The notes beneath the pieces were generated by a model. That model saw only the letters and a program-made list of their open reading frames with translations. It did no database searches and was not told where the DNA came from. A stretch of DNA of 64,000 bases, taken from contig JAJYVH010000001.1 in assembly GCA_021792095.1 (NCBI GenBank), forward strand, positions 317,324-381,323, given 5' to 3'. Both the position numbers and the translations under genes were made by a program. The stretch comes from Candidatus Micrarchaeota archaeon. Lineage in GTDB: Archaea; Micrarchaeota; Micrarchaeia; Micrarchaeales; CABMGC01. This document shows positions 7,428 through 16,695 of this stretch, in pieces (the first letter of the stretch is position 1; each line of letters begins with the position of its first letter).

Positions 7428-8279
7428 CTATCGGAATATGAGCCTGTAGGCGTAGTTCAGGGCCAGCATCACCGCGTAAGCAGGCTCGTATATGACCGGC
7501 GAGAGCACAACCCCCTGGCCTGTCGCCATGTAGTCGTTCATGAGGCTCGATTCAGCCACTAGCGTTATGTTGTACGTGTGCTGCAGCAGCGGGCTGGAGG
7601 AAGAGCTTATGGTGAAGTTGAAATGGTAGATGCCCGGCTCGTTTATCAGCACGGGGTACAGGTAGGTGCTGGACGTGGAGTGCTGGGATATGACCTCTAT
7701 GGGTTGGTACCAGCCCGGAATGTTCTGGGCGTTGAGCACGAACGGGTCGTCGGATGCGCCAGTGTTGTTTATCACCACGTTCAGGTTGGACGGCTGCCCC
7801 ACTCCGGCAACAAGGGTGGCCGGGGTTACGTTGGTGATGAACACGTTGGGCGTTACGCGTATGCTTGCGTTGAAAGTAAGGTTTCCGAGCCTAGAGTAGT
7901 TGCCTATGTTGACAGCGCGCAGCTCCATCGTGTATGTGCCGTTGGTCGCGTTCGGTGCTACTGTGACCTTGAGCTTCATCGGGTTCTCGTACGCCGGCGA
8001 GGCCTGCGAGGCCCAGCCTGGCGGCAGTCTGGCGGCCTCCAGCGTGTCCCAGCCTATGTTTATTATAGCCCCCGAAGCGTTGGCCGTGGTCGCCGATGCA
8101 AGCACGTAAAAGCTCTCTCCAGGCCCCACCTTGCCCAGGGCCAGCGTGCCGTTGCCGTAGACCAGCGAAGATACGGGCCCTTCGACTACCAGGTAGCTGG
8201 CGCTAGCGCCCACTATGAGCACCGACATGGCTATCGCGAAGACAGCGTATGCGGATCGCGCAGGAGCCATGCTACCCAA
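7428..8279 (-). CDS. exported, sequon-rich (NxS/T) surface protein with a C-terminal TM anchor
   Basis: 283-aa ORF. It has an N-terminal hydrophobic signal/anchor, more than 10 NxS/T sequons, and a C-terminal hydrophobic segment. Confidence 0.55.
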   Translation of the reverse strand: MGSMAPARSAYAVFAIAMSVLIVGASASYLVVEGPVSSLVYGNGTLALGKVGPGESFYVLASATTANASGAIINIGWDTLEAARLPPGWASQASPAYENPMKLKVTVAPNATNGTYTMELRAVNIGNYSRLGNLTFNASIRVTPNVFITNVTPATLVAGVGQPSNLNVVINNTGASDDPFVLNAQNIPGWYQPIEVISQHSTSSTYLYPVLINEPGIYHFNFTISSSSSPLLQHTYNITLVAESSLMNDYMATGQGVVLSPVIYEPAYAVMLALNYAYRLIFR

Positions 8280-8292
8280 ACGCTTGTTAAAC

Positions 8293-8856
8293 TTAAAATG
8301 CCTTCTCTTTCCCGCTTTCGATGGCTGAGAAGAGCATGCCCGCGTCCCTCTTAAGCTCGCCGAGGCTTCCGGCGCCAGATATTATGTAGTCCGCGCTAGC
8401 GATCGCGCCCCTCACGCCCCACCTCTCCTCCTTCCTGTCTGTATCCCTCACGAACGCGGCAAGGCTTTTCGGCGCGTCGGGCCTGTTCCTCTTCCTAGTG
8501 CGCTCGTACCTTGTCTTGGCCGGGGCGACCACGGCCACAGTGACTATCCTCTCCCTGCTCCCCAGCCGCTTCTTTATGTAATCGAGCTCCTTCCTGCTGC
8601 GGATCCCGACGATTGCCATGTTCTCGTTCCTTCGCACGCTGATCCTGCCCAGCAGCAGCCTCGGCGTCACCACATCGCCGTACCTTCTCCTAAGCCTTTC
8701 TGAGAACGCCCTGTTGCTCTCCGGAGTTATCCTCACCCCGGCCTCATGCATCAGCTGCCTCACTATGTCCCCGAGCTCGTAGACGCTGTAGCCGCGCCTT
8801 TTCAGGACCCTGCCGACCGTGCTCTTTCCGGCGCCGGCGGTGCCTGTTATGCACAC
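8293..8856 (-). CDS. P-loop nucleotide kinase-like protein (UPF0200 / dephospho-CoA-kinase-like family)
   Basis: GTG start. Walker A motif ITGTAGAGKST. The downstream pattern IVGIRS...RYERTRKRNRPDAP...RDTDRKEE resembles the archaeal UPF0200 family as I recall it. Confidence 0.6.
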   Translation of the reverse strand: MCITGTAGAGKSTVGRVLKRRGYSVYELGDIVRQLMHEAGVRITPESNRAFSERLRRRYGDVVTPRLLLGRISVRRNENMAIVGIRSRKELDYIKKRLGSRERIVTVAVVAPAKTRYERTRKRNRPDAPKSLAAFVRDTDRKEERWGVRGAIASADYIISGAGSLGELKRDAGMLFSAIESGKEKAF

Positions 8857-8862
8857 CAGCAG

Positions 8863-9192
8863 TCAATGCACCCTGCTTCCCTGCTCTATCTCGCGGTCCG
8901 GCACCAGTATGGCTAGCGCGCCCTCGTTCTCGGCGGCGAGCAGCATGCCGTTGGACTCCACGTTGCCTATCAGCTTCGGTTCCAGGTTCACTATGCACGC
9001 TATCTTCTTCCCGAGCAGCTCCTCCTGCGTGTACCTGTCCCTTATTCCGGCGACTATCGTGCGCTCGCCAAGCTCCTTGCCCAGGTCCAGCCTGAGTATG
9101 TACATCGGGCTCCGCGCCTTCTCGTGCGCCTGGACGCCGATTATCTTCGCTATCCTTATGTCCATGTTTTTGAATTCTTCTATACTAACCAT
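8863..9192 (-). CDS. stand-alone tRNA-binding domain protein (Trbp111/CsaA/MetRS C-terminal-like OB fold)
   Basis: 109 aa: FKNMDIRIAKIIGVQAHEKARSPMYILRLDLG...IVAGIRDRY...LLGKKIACIVNLEPKLIGNVESNGMLLAA. Confidence 0.8.
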   Translation of the reverse strand: MVSIEEFKNMDIRIAKIIGVQAHEKARSPMYILRLDLGKELGERTIVAGIRDRYTQEELLGKKIACIVNLEPKLIGNVESNGMLLAAENEGALAILVPDREIEQGSRVH

Positions 9193-9235
9193 ATTATCGG
9201 CTTACAATCGTATGTAAGCCTTATTAGTGTTGGTC

Positions 9236-9775
9236 ATGCGCGCATTCATAGCCGTAGACATTCCGGATGACATAAAGGTGAGGCTGCTCGCTGCTGCCGC
9301 CGACCTGCCCGGCGACGGCATCGTCCCGGTAAAAAAAGAGGCGATGCACATAACGCTCCATTTCCTCGGCGAGCTGGACGCGAAGGGCGTGGCATCGGCG
9401 AAGGAGGCGCTGCAGTGCTTGGAGACAAGGCCGTTCGAAGCGGCTCTCGCCGGCGTCTCGTGCTTCAATCCCGACTTCATAAAAATAGTATTCGCGAAGG
9501 TCTCGCAGGGAGCCGAGACGTTCTCCGCGGCGTACGCCTCCCTTGCCGAGGAGCTCTCCGGCCGCGGACTCGCTCTGGAGGGCAGGGCCTACACGCCCCA
9601 CGCGACTCTGGCGAGGGTGAAGTATGTGGCTGACAGGGATGCGCTGCTGGGAGCCATAAGCAGGCTCGACGGCACAGGGTTTGGCTCCTTCCATGTGGGT
9701 TCCATGGCCCTGAAGGAGAGCGTGCTCACCAGACAGGGGCCCGTGTACAACACGCTATACGAACTCCAGCTCTGA
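9236..9775 (+). CDS. thpR: RNA 2',3'-cyclic phosphodiesterase (2H phosphoesterase, ThpR/LigT)
   Basis: Two HxT motifs (HITLHF and HATLAR) at the expected spacing. ATG at 9236 lies within ORF 9227-9775. Confidence 0.85.
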   Translation: MRAFIAVDIPDDIKVRLLAAAADLPGDGIVPVKKEAMHITLHFLGELDAKGVASAKEALQCLETRPFEAALAGVSCFNPDFIKIVFAKVSQGAETFSAAYASLAEELSGRGLALEGRAYTPHATLARVKYVADRDALLGAISRLDGTGFGSFHVGSMALKESVLTRQGPVYNTLYELQL

Positions 9776-10342
9776 CCTCCTCTTCTCGAAATCCTCCGGC
9801 CTTTCCGCATTGGCGAGCTCGTGCGGCCTGTAGATGCGGTCCAGCAGCAGCAGGTCGTAGCACATGCCCTGCCTCGTGTCGAACGCTATGTGCCTCATTT
9901 CGTTCCCGAACAGGTCCACCTCCACGAGCTGCGCCTTCAGCAACGAGTGCAGCCTGCCGACGCATGCCAGCAGGCGGGCGTCGTTTTCCTGCAGGCCTAT
10001 GGCGCGCATCTCCAGGTTGCCCATCCTGCGCTTCCTGACGGTTTCGGCAATCCTCTTCTCCATAGCGCCGCCCAGCTCCTTGCTGGGCCTGAGCAGCACC
10101 GCCTGCGACGTGTTCACGTCGTATATAGTCAAGAGCATGTCTCTGGTTATGCCCTCGGCGAGCACATAGCGGCCTGCCTCGCCGTAGCCCACGGCTTTAA
10201 CCTGGTTCGTCTCTATACGTGTCGAGTAAGCGGCTATGCGCGACAGCGACGTATGGATGCGCTCCCTTGACGCGAGCCGCAGCCTGGACTTGCCGAAATC
10301 CTGGCTGCCCGCCATGCTGCTGTACTCGTTGAACAGCTCCAC
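9755..10342 (-). CDS. hypothetical protein
   Basis: 195-aa ORF with a GTG start. Its convergent 21-nt overlap with thpR is tolerated. No motif recognised. Confidence 0.45.
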   Translation of the reverse strand: MELFNEYSSMAGSQDFGKSRLRLASRERIHTSLSRIAAYSTRIETNQVKAVGYGEAGRYVLAEGITRDMLLTIYDVNTSQAVLLRPSKELGGAMEKRIAETVRKRRMGNLEMRAIGLQENDARLLACVGRLHSLLKAQLVEVDLFGNEMRHIAFDTRQGMCYDLLLLDRIYRPHELANAERPEDFEKRRSELEFV

Positions 10343-10418
10343 GCTCCCACATCGCTAGTTTTATTAAATACGCCAGCGCATGTATAAATAAGGCTGTTGC
10401 CTTATTCCTCCTGATTGG

Positions 10419-10988
10419 ATGAAGGTTAGCGTAATCGAGAACTCACCAATGGCAATGCGCGCCGACATAAGTGGCGTGGACTACAGCTTCGCCAACGCGC
10501 TGCGCAGAGCTGCCACTGCCCTTGTGGAGTGCTTCGCAGTGGACGTGGTCACGTTCTACGAGAACACGAGCGCGATGTTCGACGAGTACATAGCTGAGCG
10601 CATAGGCCTGGTTCCGCTCCTGACGCCGAAAGGCTATACGGAGAAGGACGAGATAGTGTTCTCCCTGGAGGGCGAGGGCCCGGTCACGCTCTACTCCAAG
10701 GACATGAAAAGCAGCGACAAGGAGGTCAAGGTGGCCAACGGCAGCATACCTATAATAAAGCTGGGCGGCGGCCAGAGGCTGCGCGCAGACTGCAAGGCGA
10801 TACTGGGCAACGGCAAGAGGAGCGCCAAGTTCCAGCCCGGGATAGTTAGCTACAAGACAGCGAACGGCAAGGACTTCGAGTTCTACACAGAGTCATTCGG
10901 CCAGATGCCGGCGAACGAGATAATGAAGAGGGCGCTGGGTATAATAAGTTCTGGCTTGAAAGATGCCTACAAGGAGCTGAAGAAGTAG
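10419..10988 (+). CDS. rpoD: DNA-directed RNA polymerase subunit D (Rpo3)
   Basis: 189 aa with the ANALRR motif of alpha-like subunits. It sits in the conserved position upstream of tRNA-Leu and uL13. Confidence 0.85.
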   Translation: MKVSVIENSPMAMRADISGVDYSFANALRRAATALVECFAVDVVTFYENTSAMFDEYIAERIGLVPLLTPKGYTEKDEIVFSLEGEGPVTLYSKDMKSSDKEVKVANGSIPIIKLGGGQRLRADCKAILGNGKRSAKFQPGIVSYKTANGKDFEFYTESFGQMPANEIMKRALGIISSGLKDAYKELKK

Positions 10989-10989
10989 C

Positions 10990-11076
10990 GCGGGGGTGGC
11001 AGAGCTTGGCCAAATGCGCAGGATTGAGGTTCCTGTGGTTTTAGTACCTGCAAGGGTTCAAATCCCTTCCCCCGCA
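10990..11076 (+). tRNA. tRNA-Leu(GAG), class II with long variable arm
   Basis: Acceptor GCGGGGG/CCCCCGC, anticodon stem-loop CAGGA-TTGAGGT-TCCTG, T arm AAGGG-TTCAAAT-CCCTT. Confidence 0.9.
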
Positions 11077-11128
11077 AGGTGCTAAAGGCAAGGAATAAGA
11101 ATGAAGAGCTGTGAAATAGTGAATCTGC

Positions 11129-11566
11129 ATGCAGACAAACGAGCAGGTTATTGACTGCGACTCCCAGATACTCGGGCGCATAGCCAGCAGGGCTGCGAAA
11201 CTGCTCCTCAAGGGATCGAGCGTCGTGCTCGTCAATGCGGAGAAGGCCGCGATAAGCGGGCACGCTGACGACATAGTCGCGGAGTACAAGCAGAAGGTTG
11301 AGTGGAAGGACAAGGCAAACCCGGACCACTCTCCGTACTGGTCGAGGAGGCCCGACATGCTGGTGAAGCGCACTGTGCGGGGCATGCTGCCCTACGACAA
11401 GGCGCGGGGCAGGGACGCTTTCAAGAGGCTCAGGGTGTACGTAGGCGTCCCGGAGGGCATCAGCCCTGCGAAAGCAGAGGAGCGCTCGAAGGGCAAGTTC
11501 GAAGTTTACGAGGGCACGCTGACAGTCAAGGAGCTGTGCGAAAGGCTGGGGTACAGGCTTGGTTGA
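11129..11566 (+). CDS. rpl13: 50S ribosomal protein uL13
   Basis: 145 aa: IDCDSQILGRIASRAAKLLLKG...VVLVNAEKAAISG...MLPY. Conserved cluster context. Confidence 0.95.
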   Translation: MQTNEQVIDCDSQILGRIASRAAKLLLKGSSVVLVNAEKAAISGHADDIVAEYKQKVEWKDKANPDHSPYWSRRPDMLVKRTVRGMLPYDKARGRDAFKRLRVYVGVPEGISPAKAEERSKGKFEVYEGTLTVKELCERLGYRLG

Positions 11567-12114
11567 TGCTTATGGCAGACGAAAAGACCGACAAGGCGCT
11601 CGAGAACCTGAACAAGGAGCTTGCGGGCGTAGTCAAGCAGACGCAGCAGGAAGCGAAGGCCGAGCCCAAGAGGGCGGCGCCGAAGAAAAGGGTGCAGAAG
11701 AAGAGGCTAGTCATAGAGAAGGCGAGGCGGAAGATGGCGATAGCCAGGGCCAGGCTCGTGCAGACCGACAGCAACGCTGCGATAACGATCAACGGGTTCG
11801 ACGTGGGCACCGTGAAGCCCAAGGAAGTGAGGGACTTCATACTGGAGCCGGTCAACATATCAGACGCCACTAAGGCGATAGCCGGCAAGGCGAACATAAG
11901 CATAATGGTCACCGGCGGCGGCTCGAGCGGGCAGGCGCAGGCGGCAAGGAGCGCCCTGGCCAAGGCGATAGCCTCCGCATCGGGCAGTGATTCCGTAAAG
12001 AAGCTCTACCTAGAGTACGACAGGATGCTGCTGGTCGACGACGTAAGGCAGGTCGAGCCGAAGAAGTACAAGGGACCGAAGGCGAGGGCCAGGTTCCAGA
12101 AGTCATACAGGTGA
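11566..12114 (+). CDS. rps9: 30S ribosomal protein uS9
   Basis: C-terminal part of ORF 11302-12114. The start ATG at 11566 overlaps the uL13 stop (TGATG); an alternative ATG is at 11572. The protein ends ...[13 protein letters not shown]. Confidence 0.9.
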   Translation: MLMADEKTDKALENLNKELAGVVKQTQQEAKAEPKRAAPKKRVQKKRLVIEKARRKMAIARARLVQTDSNAAITINGFDVGTVKPKEVRDFILEPVNISDATKAIAGKANISIMVTGGGSSGQAQAARSALAKAIASASGSDSVKKLYLEYDRMLLVDDVRQVEPKKYKGPKARARFQKSYR

Positions 12115-12118
12115 TGCT

Positions 12119-12319
12119 ATGATGATACCAGTGCGTTGTTTCTCCTGCGGGCAGGTAGTGGCGGACAAGTGGGAGGAATTCAACAAGAGAGCGAACCAGA
12201 ACGGCGAGGACCCGGGCAAGGTGCTCGACGACCTAGGCGTAAAGAGGTACTGCTGCAGGCGCATGCTTATAAGTCACGTCGATCTAATAGACGAGATAAT
12301 CGGCTACGGAAGGAGCTGA
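12119..12319 (+). CDS. rpoN: DNA-directed RNA polymerase subunit N (Rpo10)
   Basis: 66 aa: [13 protein letters not shown]...YCCRRML zinc motif. Confidence 0.95.
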   Translation: MMIPVRCFSCGQVVADKWEEFNKRANQNGEDPGKVLDDLGVKRYCCRRMLISHVDLIDEIIGYGRS

Positions 12320-12363
12320 TTGGAAGATAGGAATAAGAACATCGTGTGCCTATAGGCTAGCGC

Positions 12364-12452
12364 GGGGCTGTCGGCTAGCTTGGTTAGGCTTTGTGCCTAG
12401 GGCGCACAAGACCCGAGTTCAAAAGTGAAAACTGAAAATCTCGGCGGCCCCG
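12364..12452 (+). tRNA. tRNA-Pro (anticodon reads AGG as sequenced) with a 15-nt intron in the T-loop
   Basis: Acceptor GGGGCTG/CGGCCCC. Anticodon stem-loop TGTGC-CTAGGGC-GCACA. T stem CCGAG/CTCGG encloses TTCAAAAGTGAAAACTGAAAAT. Removing 12424-12438 restores the canonical TTCAAAT loop. The position after rpoN matches the tRNA-Pro synteny I recall from other archaea. Confidence 0.7.
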
Positions 12453-12474
12453 AACGGAAACATGTGGTGAAGGA

Positions 12475-13089
12475 ATGGCTAAGGAAACGCTCATAGAAGA
12501 GACAGAGTATTCGTACTCGCACATACAGTCGGGCACCATGATACGCATGCCGGGCATGAAGAGGTTCATAAGCTCGAGGCGCGGCGACGGGCTGTACCTG
12601 CTTAAGCTCGACGTGATCGACGAAAGGATAAAGGCCGCGGCAAGGATGCTCGCCGCATACGACAGCAAGGGCGTGGTGGTCACAGCTTCCAGGATATACG
12701 CGATAACTCCGGCGAAGAAGTTCGCCGAGCTCACGGGCACGCGCCTGGTGGAGGGCAGGGTGATGCCGGGCACTTTCACGAACCCGAACAGGAAGGATTT
12801 CACCGAGCCGGAGCTCATACTGGTGAGCGACACCAGGAACGAGAGACAGGCGGTGAGGGAGGCCAGCAAGACGAACGTGCCCATAATAGCGCTCTGCGAC
12901 ACAGACAACTGGATAAAGTACGTCGACCTGGTGATACCGTGCAACAACAAGAGCAGGCGCTCGCTCGCGCTCGTCTACTGGCTGCTAGCCAGGGAGTACC
13001 TGAAGGAGAAAGGCCTGATAAAGGGCAACGACGAGTTCAAGCCCAGCATCTCCGACTTCGAGGCGAAGGTAGAGATAAGGATGAAGTAG
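12475..13089 (+). CDS. rps2: 30S ribosomal protein uS2
   Basis: 204 aa: ...EPELILVSDTRNERQAVREASKTNVPIIALCDTDN... Confidence 0.95.
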   Translation: MAKETLIEETEYSYSHIQSGTMIRMPGMKRFISSRRGDGLYLLKLDVIDERIKAAARMLAAYDSKGVVVTASRIYAITPAKKFAELTGTRLVEGRVMPGTFTNPNRKDFTEPELILVSDTRNERQAVREASKTNVPIIALCDTDNWIKYVDLVIPCNNKSRRSLALVYWLLAREYLKEKGLIKGNDEFKPSISDFEAKVEIRMK

Positions 13090-13162
13090 CGGTGCCGCGC
13101 AGCCCCTTGGCGCTTTCCCGGCTTTGTTGCAAGCTTTTTAGCTTTAACCTGGAAATAAGCGC

Positions 13163-13693
13163 ATGCCATCCAGGATGCGCGCGCAGGCTGCCGTAGACTT
13201 CATGGTCTCGTACGGCATAGCGCTGATCATAATAGTGATAGCTGTCGCAGTGATGTACAACATAGCCATAACCTCCCCGGTTCTCGCGACACAGTCGTGC
13301 ACCGCCTCCCCGGGCTTCGCATGCAGCTACTTCGCCCTTAACACCAACGGGCTCCTCACCATGGGCCTGTCGCAGGCGACTGGTGGCGAGATAGTGGTGC
13401 ACGGCATCTCGTGCTCCTCCCAGCAGAACACGACGGGCAGCAAGCCCGCTTACGGGAACATATACGTCACTGCTGCTTCGCAATACTACCTCAGCGGCGA
13501 CTCGCCCGGTTCCGGCGTAAGCATATACAGTGGAAGCAACGCCACGCTGTTCCCTTACTGCTTTAATTCCGGTGGCGCGGCGACGGGCCCGCTGGGCAAC
13601 GGGTTCAACGGCTTCGTCTGGCTGAACTATACAGTGCCCGGATACGGGAACGTGGTCCAGCAGGTGGCATCCCTGGACGTTAAGTACACGTAG
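13163..13693 (+). CDS. archaeal type IV pilin-like protein (class III signal peptide)
   Basis: The N-terminus is MPSRMRAQ|AAVDFMVSYGIALIIIVIAVAV: a short basic leader, a (A)Q cleavage-type motif and a hydrophobic helix. The rest is Cys- and sequon-containing. Confidence 0.7.
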   Translation: MPSRMRAQAAVDFMVSYGIALIIIVIAVAVMYNIAITSPVLATQSCTASPGFACSYFALNTNGLLTMGLSQATGGEIVVHGISCSSQQNTTGSKPAYGNIYVTAASQYYLSGDSPGSGVSIYSGSNATLFPYCFNSGGAATGPLGNGFNGFVWLNYTVPGYGNVVQQVASLDVKYT

Positions 13694-13695
13694 TG

Positions 13696-15342
13696 CTACG
13701 CGTACTTGCGCAGCTTCTCCATCTCATCGGCGGTGAGCTTCGAGAACAGCGGTTTGGGCTCGCGTTCCAGGTCGAGCTCCGTGGCGCCGCTGAGGAGCGC
13801 GAGCGTAGGCTCGGCGACCACCTTGAAATGCGCAAGCAGCTTCCTGCTCGCCTCAGGAGTGAACGGATACAGCATCACGCCGAGCGCGAAGGTTATTGCG
13901 ATCAGGCTTGAGAAGACGTCCTTGGCCTCCCCGGCCGCCTTTGCATCCGTCTTGGCCGCTTTCGCAAGGAGCCACGGCTCCTTCTCGCTCATTATCCTGT
14001 TGCCCTGTTCCGCGAGGCCGACCACCGCCGCTATTGCCTTCTTGAGCTGCAGCTTGCCGAACGCCGCAGTATATTTTTCCAACTCCGCCTTGACCCTCTT
14101 CTCGGATTCGGGGACTATCCCTTGCTCCACCAGCTGCCTGTTGGCGGCGGCCAGCTTCAGCACCCGCTGCGCGAAGTTGCCTATCTTGTCGTTCATTATG
14201 GTGTCAACGGCGTCCGCGAACCCGCGCCGCGTGAAATCGCTGTCTGCCGTTTCTGGATACGCGTACATCAGCGCGAACCTCCAGTAGTCGGCCGGCATTA
14301 TGCGTAACGCCTCGTCGAGCCATATGCCTACCTTGTTGCTCTTCGAGAACTTCTTGCCCTCGAAGTTCAAGAACTGCGATTCCTTTATGGTGTGCGGCAG
14401 CACAAACCCGAGCTTCGAGCCTATGATCATCGCCGGCCAGATTATAGTGTGGAACAGTGTGTTGTCCTTGCCGAGGAACTGCACGAGCTGCGTGTGCTCG
14501 TTCTGCCAGTAGTCGCGCCATTTTCTCGAGTCCCACTCTTTGGTTATTCCTATGTAGCCTCCGACGGCATCGAACCAGACGTAAATCCTGGAATTCTCAT
14601 AGCCAGAGAGCGGAACCTGGAAGCCCCAGTTCATGTTCCTGGTTATGTCCCTGGGCCTGAGCCCCTCCTTTATCATGCTGAGCGACTTGTTCACCGCATC
14701 CCTGCTCCAGTTGTACTTCCCGTTCCTCTTTATGAAATCCCTGAGTTCATCCTGGAGCTTGTTCAGATCGAAGGCGAGGTTCTTCGTCTTCTTGAACGTT
14801 ATGTCGCTTTTGCCGCAGATGGCGCAGAACGGGTCTATTATCTGGGAGGGTTCGAGGAGCCTGTTGCAGCTGTCGCACTGGTCCCCGCGCGCGCTCTTCT
14901 TGTGGCAGTAGGGGCACGTGCCCTGTATAAACCTGTCGGTAAGGAACCTCTTGTCTATGTTGCAGTATGCCTGCATGTCCTCATGTTCCGATATATAGCC
15001 GTTGTTGTAGAGTTCGTTGAAGAAGCTGTACGCCACCTCCTTGTTCTCTTCCGTGTGCGTCTTACCGTAGTAGGTGAATGTGCACTCGTACCTCTCGAAG
15101 AGCGTCTTGATCGTTTGGTGCATCTCATCGGCGAGCACTGCGGGCTCCACTCCTTTCTTCACCGCGGCGAGCTCTATCGGCGTGCCATGCTGGTCCGAGC
15201 CGCAGACGAATATGGCGTCGTCACCGTTCATGCGCAGGTACTTGTAGTATACGTCGGCGGGCAGCACTGAGCCCACGAAGTTGCCGAGATGTGGCACAGA
15301 GTATGCGTACGGCAGCGCAGATGTGACAATGACTCTGGCCAT
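13696..15342 (-). CDS. metG: methionyl-tRNA synthetase (core enzyme, no C-terminal tRNA-binding domain)
   Basis: 548 aa. It has a HIGH-type motif (PHLGN), a zinc knuckle (CPYC...CDSC) and a KFSKS (KMSKS) motif. Confidence 0.95.
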   Translation of the reverse strand: MARVIVTSALPYAYSVPHLGNFVGSVLPADVYYKYLRMNGDDAIFVCGSDQHGTPIELAAVKKGVEPAVLADEMHQTIKTLFERYECTFTYYGKTHTEENKEVAYSFFNELYNNGYISEHEDMQAYCNIDKRFLTDRFIQGTCPYCHKKSARGDQCDSCNRLLEPSQIIDPFCAICGKSDITFKKTKNLAFDLNKLQDELRDFIKRNGKYNWSRDAVNKSLSMIKEGLRPRDITRNMNWGFQVPLSGYENSRIYVWFDAVGGYIGITKEWDSRKWRDYWQNEHTQLVQFLGKDNTLFHTIIWPAMIIGSKLGFVLPHTIKESQFLNFEGKKFSKSNKVGIWLDEALRIMPADYWRFALMYAYPETADSDFTRRGFADAVDTIMNDKIGNFAQRVLKLAAANRQLVEQGIVPESEKRVKAELEKYTAAFGKLQLKKAIAAVVGLAEQGNRIMSEKEPWLLAKAAKTDAKAAGEAKDVFSSLIAITFALGVMLYPFTPEASRKLLAHFKVVAEPTLALLSGATELDLEREPKPLFSKLTADEMEKLRKYA

Positions 15343-15607
15343 TCCCTAGCCTCGTTGTGTGCATATTGCGCGTGCAGGGATTTAAAAATGCGCCGGGCGC
15401 AGCCGCAGCTTGTGCCCATGCTCTCGCTGTTAAGCAGAAGTGGGTGTTAGGTGTGGTGGGTGGGGATCTAAAATAGCACCTAACACGCGAGACAAATTTG
15501 CGCATGAAAGGTTTAAATATTTAACTAACGTCGTCGGTGCTTCCCATAACCCGGTTGTAGCGCTGTTTTATGATGCGTTTAAAGCCTTGAGGCTTCCAAA
15601 GAACCGC

Positions 15608-16186
15608 ATGCAAACTGCAAACGACGCTATGCCCGCCTGGCTGGTGTGCGATGGCATACTGTCCAAGGCGAGGGACGAGCTGCTGTCGCAGGCTATCCGC
15701 ACTATGTACGAGCAGGTAGAGAGGAAAAGGCTGTCGCTCGAGGGCGAACCGCTCAGCGTGAACGAGAGCACCTCGCAGCACGAAAAGGACATGTATTTCC
15801 TCGAGCAGCTCTTGCAGGAACGCGAGCGCATGGAGAAGCGGTTCGCCGAGTACATAGAGGGCGCGAGCATAGGCGAGAAGGACAGGGCGCGCATAGACGA
15901 GCTCCAGCAGTTCCTGCTCGCGCTCAAGCAGATCTCGCTGCTTTACACATACAGCGGCGTGTGCGACGCATGGCTTGTGGACGCCGAGAAGGGGCTGCGG
16001 GAGACGGAGCCGGCAGCCCTGCTCGCAAGCACCGCGGCCCTGGGCGCCCCGGAGAGGAAGGACGTGCTCGCCTATCTTGCCTCAAGCAGGGAGCTGGAGG
16101 GCGAGGGAATATTCACCGACCAAGAAAAGGGCATAATCAAGAAAGCGCTCGGGCTATGCGAAGAGCCTACCAGGGCACATCCTTGA
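15608..16186 (+). CDS. hypothetical protein
   Basis: In-frame ATG within ORF 15440-16186; the start is uncertain. The protein is acidic/helical and no motif was recognised. A TTTAAATA box lies at 15512-15519 upstream. Confidence 0.4.
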   Translation: MQTANDAMPAWLVCDGILSKARDELLSQAIRTMYEQVERKRLSLEGEPLSVNESTSQHEKDMYFLEQLLQERERMEKRFAEYIEGASIGEKDRARIDELQQFLLALKQISLLYTYSGVCDAWLVDAEKGLRETEPAALLASTAALGAPERKDVLAYLASSRELEGEGIFTDQEKGIIKKALGLCEEPTRAHP

Positions 16187-16676
16187 GCCTGGCCCTGTGG
16201 GCTGCCACGTTCGTGAGCCTGTGGAGCACTCCGGTCAGCACCACTATCACCACCAGTCCTATCAACGAGGGGAAATAGGAAAGGCCCAACGGCAGGGCGA
16301 ATAGCAGGGCGAAGATAAAGAACAGGTATTGGTCCATTATTGGCACGTTGGAGCCCTCCTTCGCTCCGGCCCGCCTTTTCACGAAACTGCCGAAGAGGTC
16401 GCCGGCTATGGCACCCGTGGTTAGCGCGGCGCCTAGCGCTAGCGGAACGCCTATGAGCGAGTACTCCAGGCCAGCCACCACAATGCCTCCTGCTATGCCT
16501 GCGGCGGTGCCGCGCACTGTCTTGTGGTCGCCGAAGATGCGCTTGCCCCATAGCCTGCCCCCGAGATCCAGGGGCATCCTGCCCGCGAAGAGCACCGGTG
16601 TTCCGTTCGCCACCCACGCAGGGAGTATGAACAGGATAGGGTAGAAGATGAGCGAGTACAACAGGTTAGTGACCAT
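16167..16676 (-). CDS. carS: CDP-archaeol synthase (CarS, DUF46 family)
   Basis: 169-aa polytopic protein. FGDHKTVRGT and GDLFGSFVKRR motifs match the CarS family as I recall it. Confidence 0.8.
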   Translation of the reverse strand: MVTNLLYSLIFYPILFILPAWVANGTPVLFAGRMPLDLGGRLWGKRIFGDHKTVRGTAAGIAGGIVVAGLEYSLIGVPLALGAALTTGAIAGDLFGSFVKRRAGAKEGSNVPIMDQYLFFIFALLFALPLGLSYFPSLIGLVVIVVLTGVLHRLTNVAAHRARLKDVPW

Positions 16677-16695
16677 GGAACCAGCCGACCGGCAG

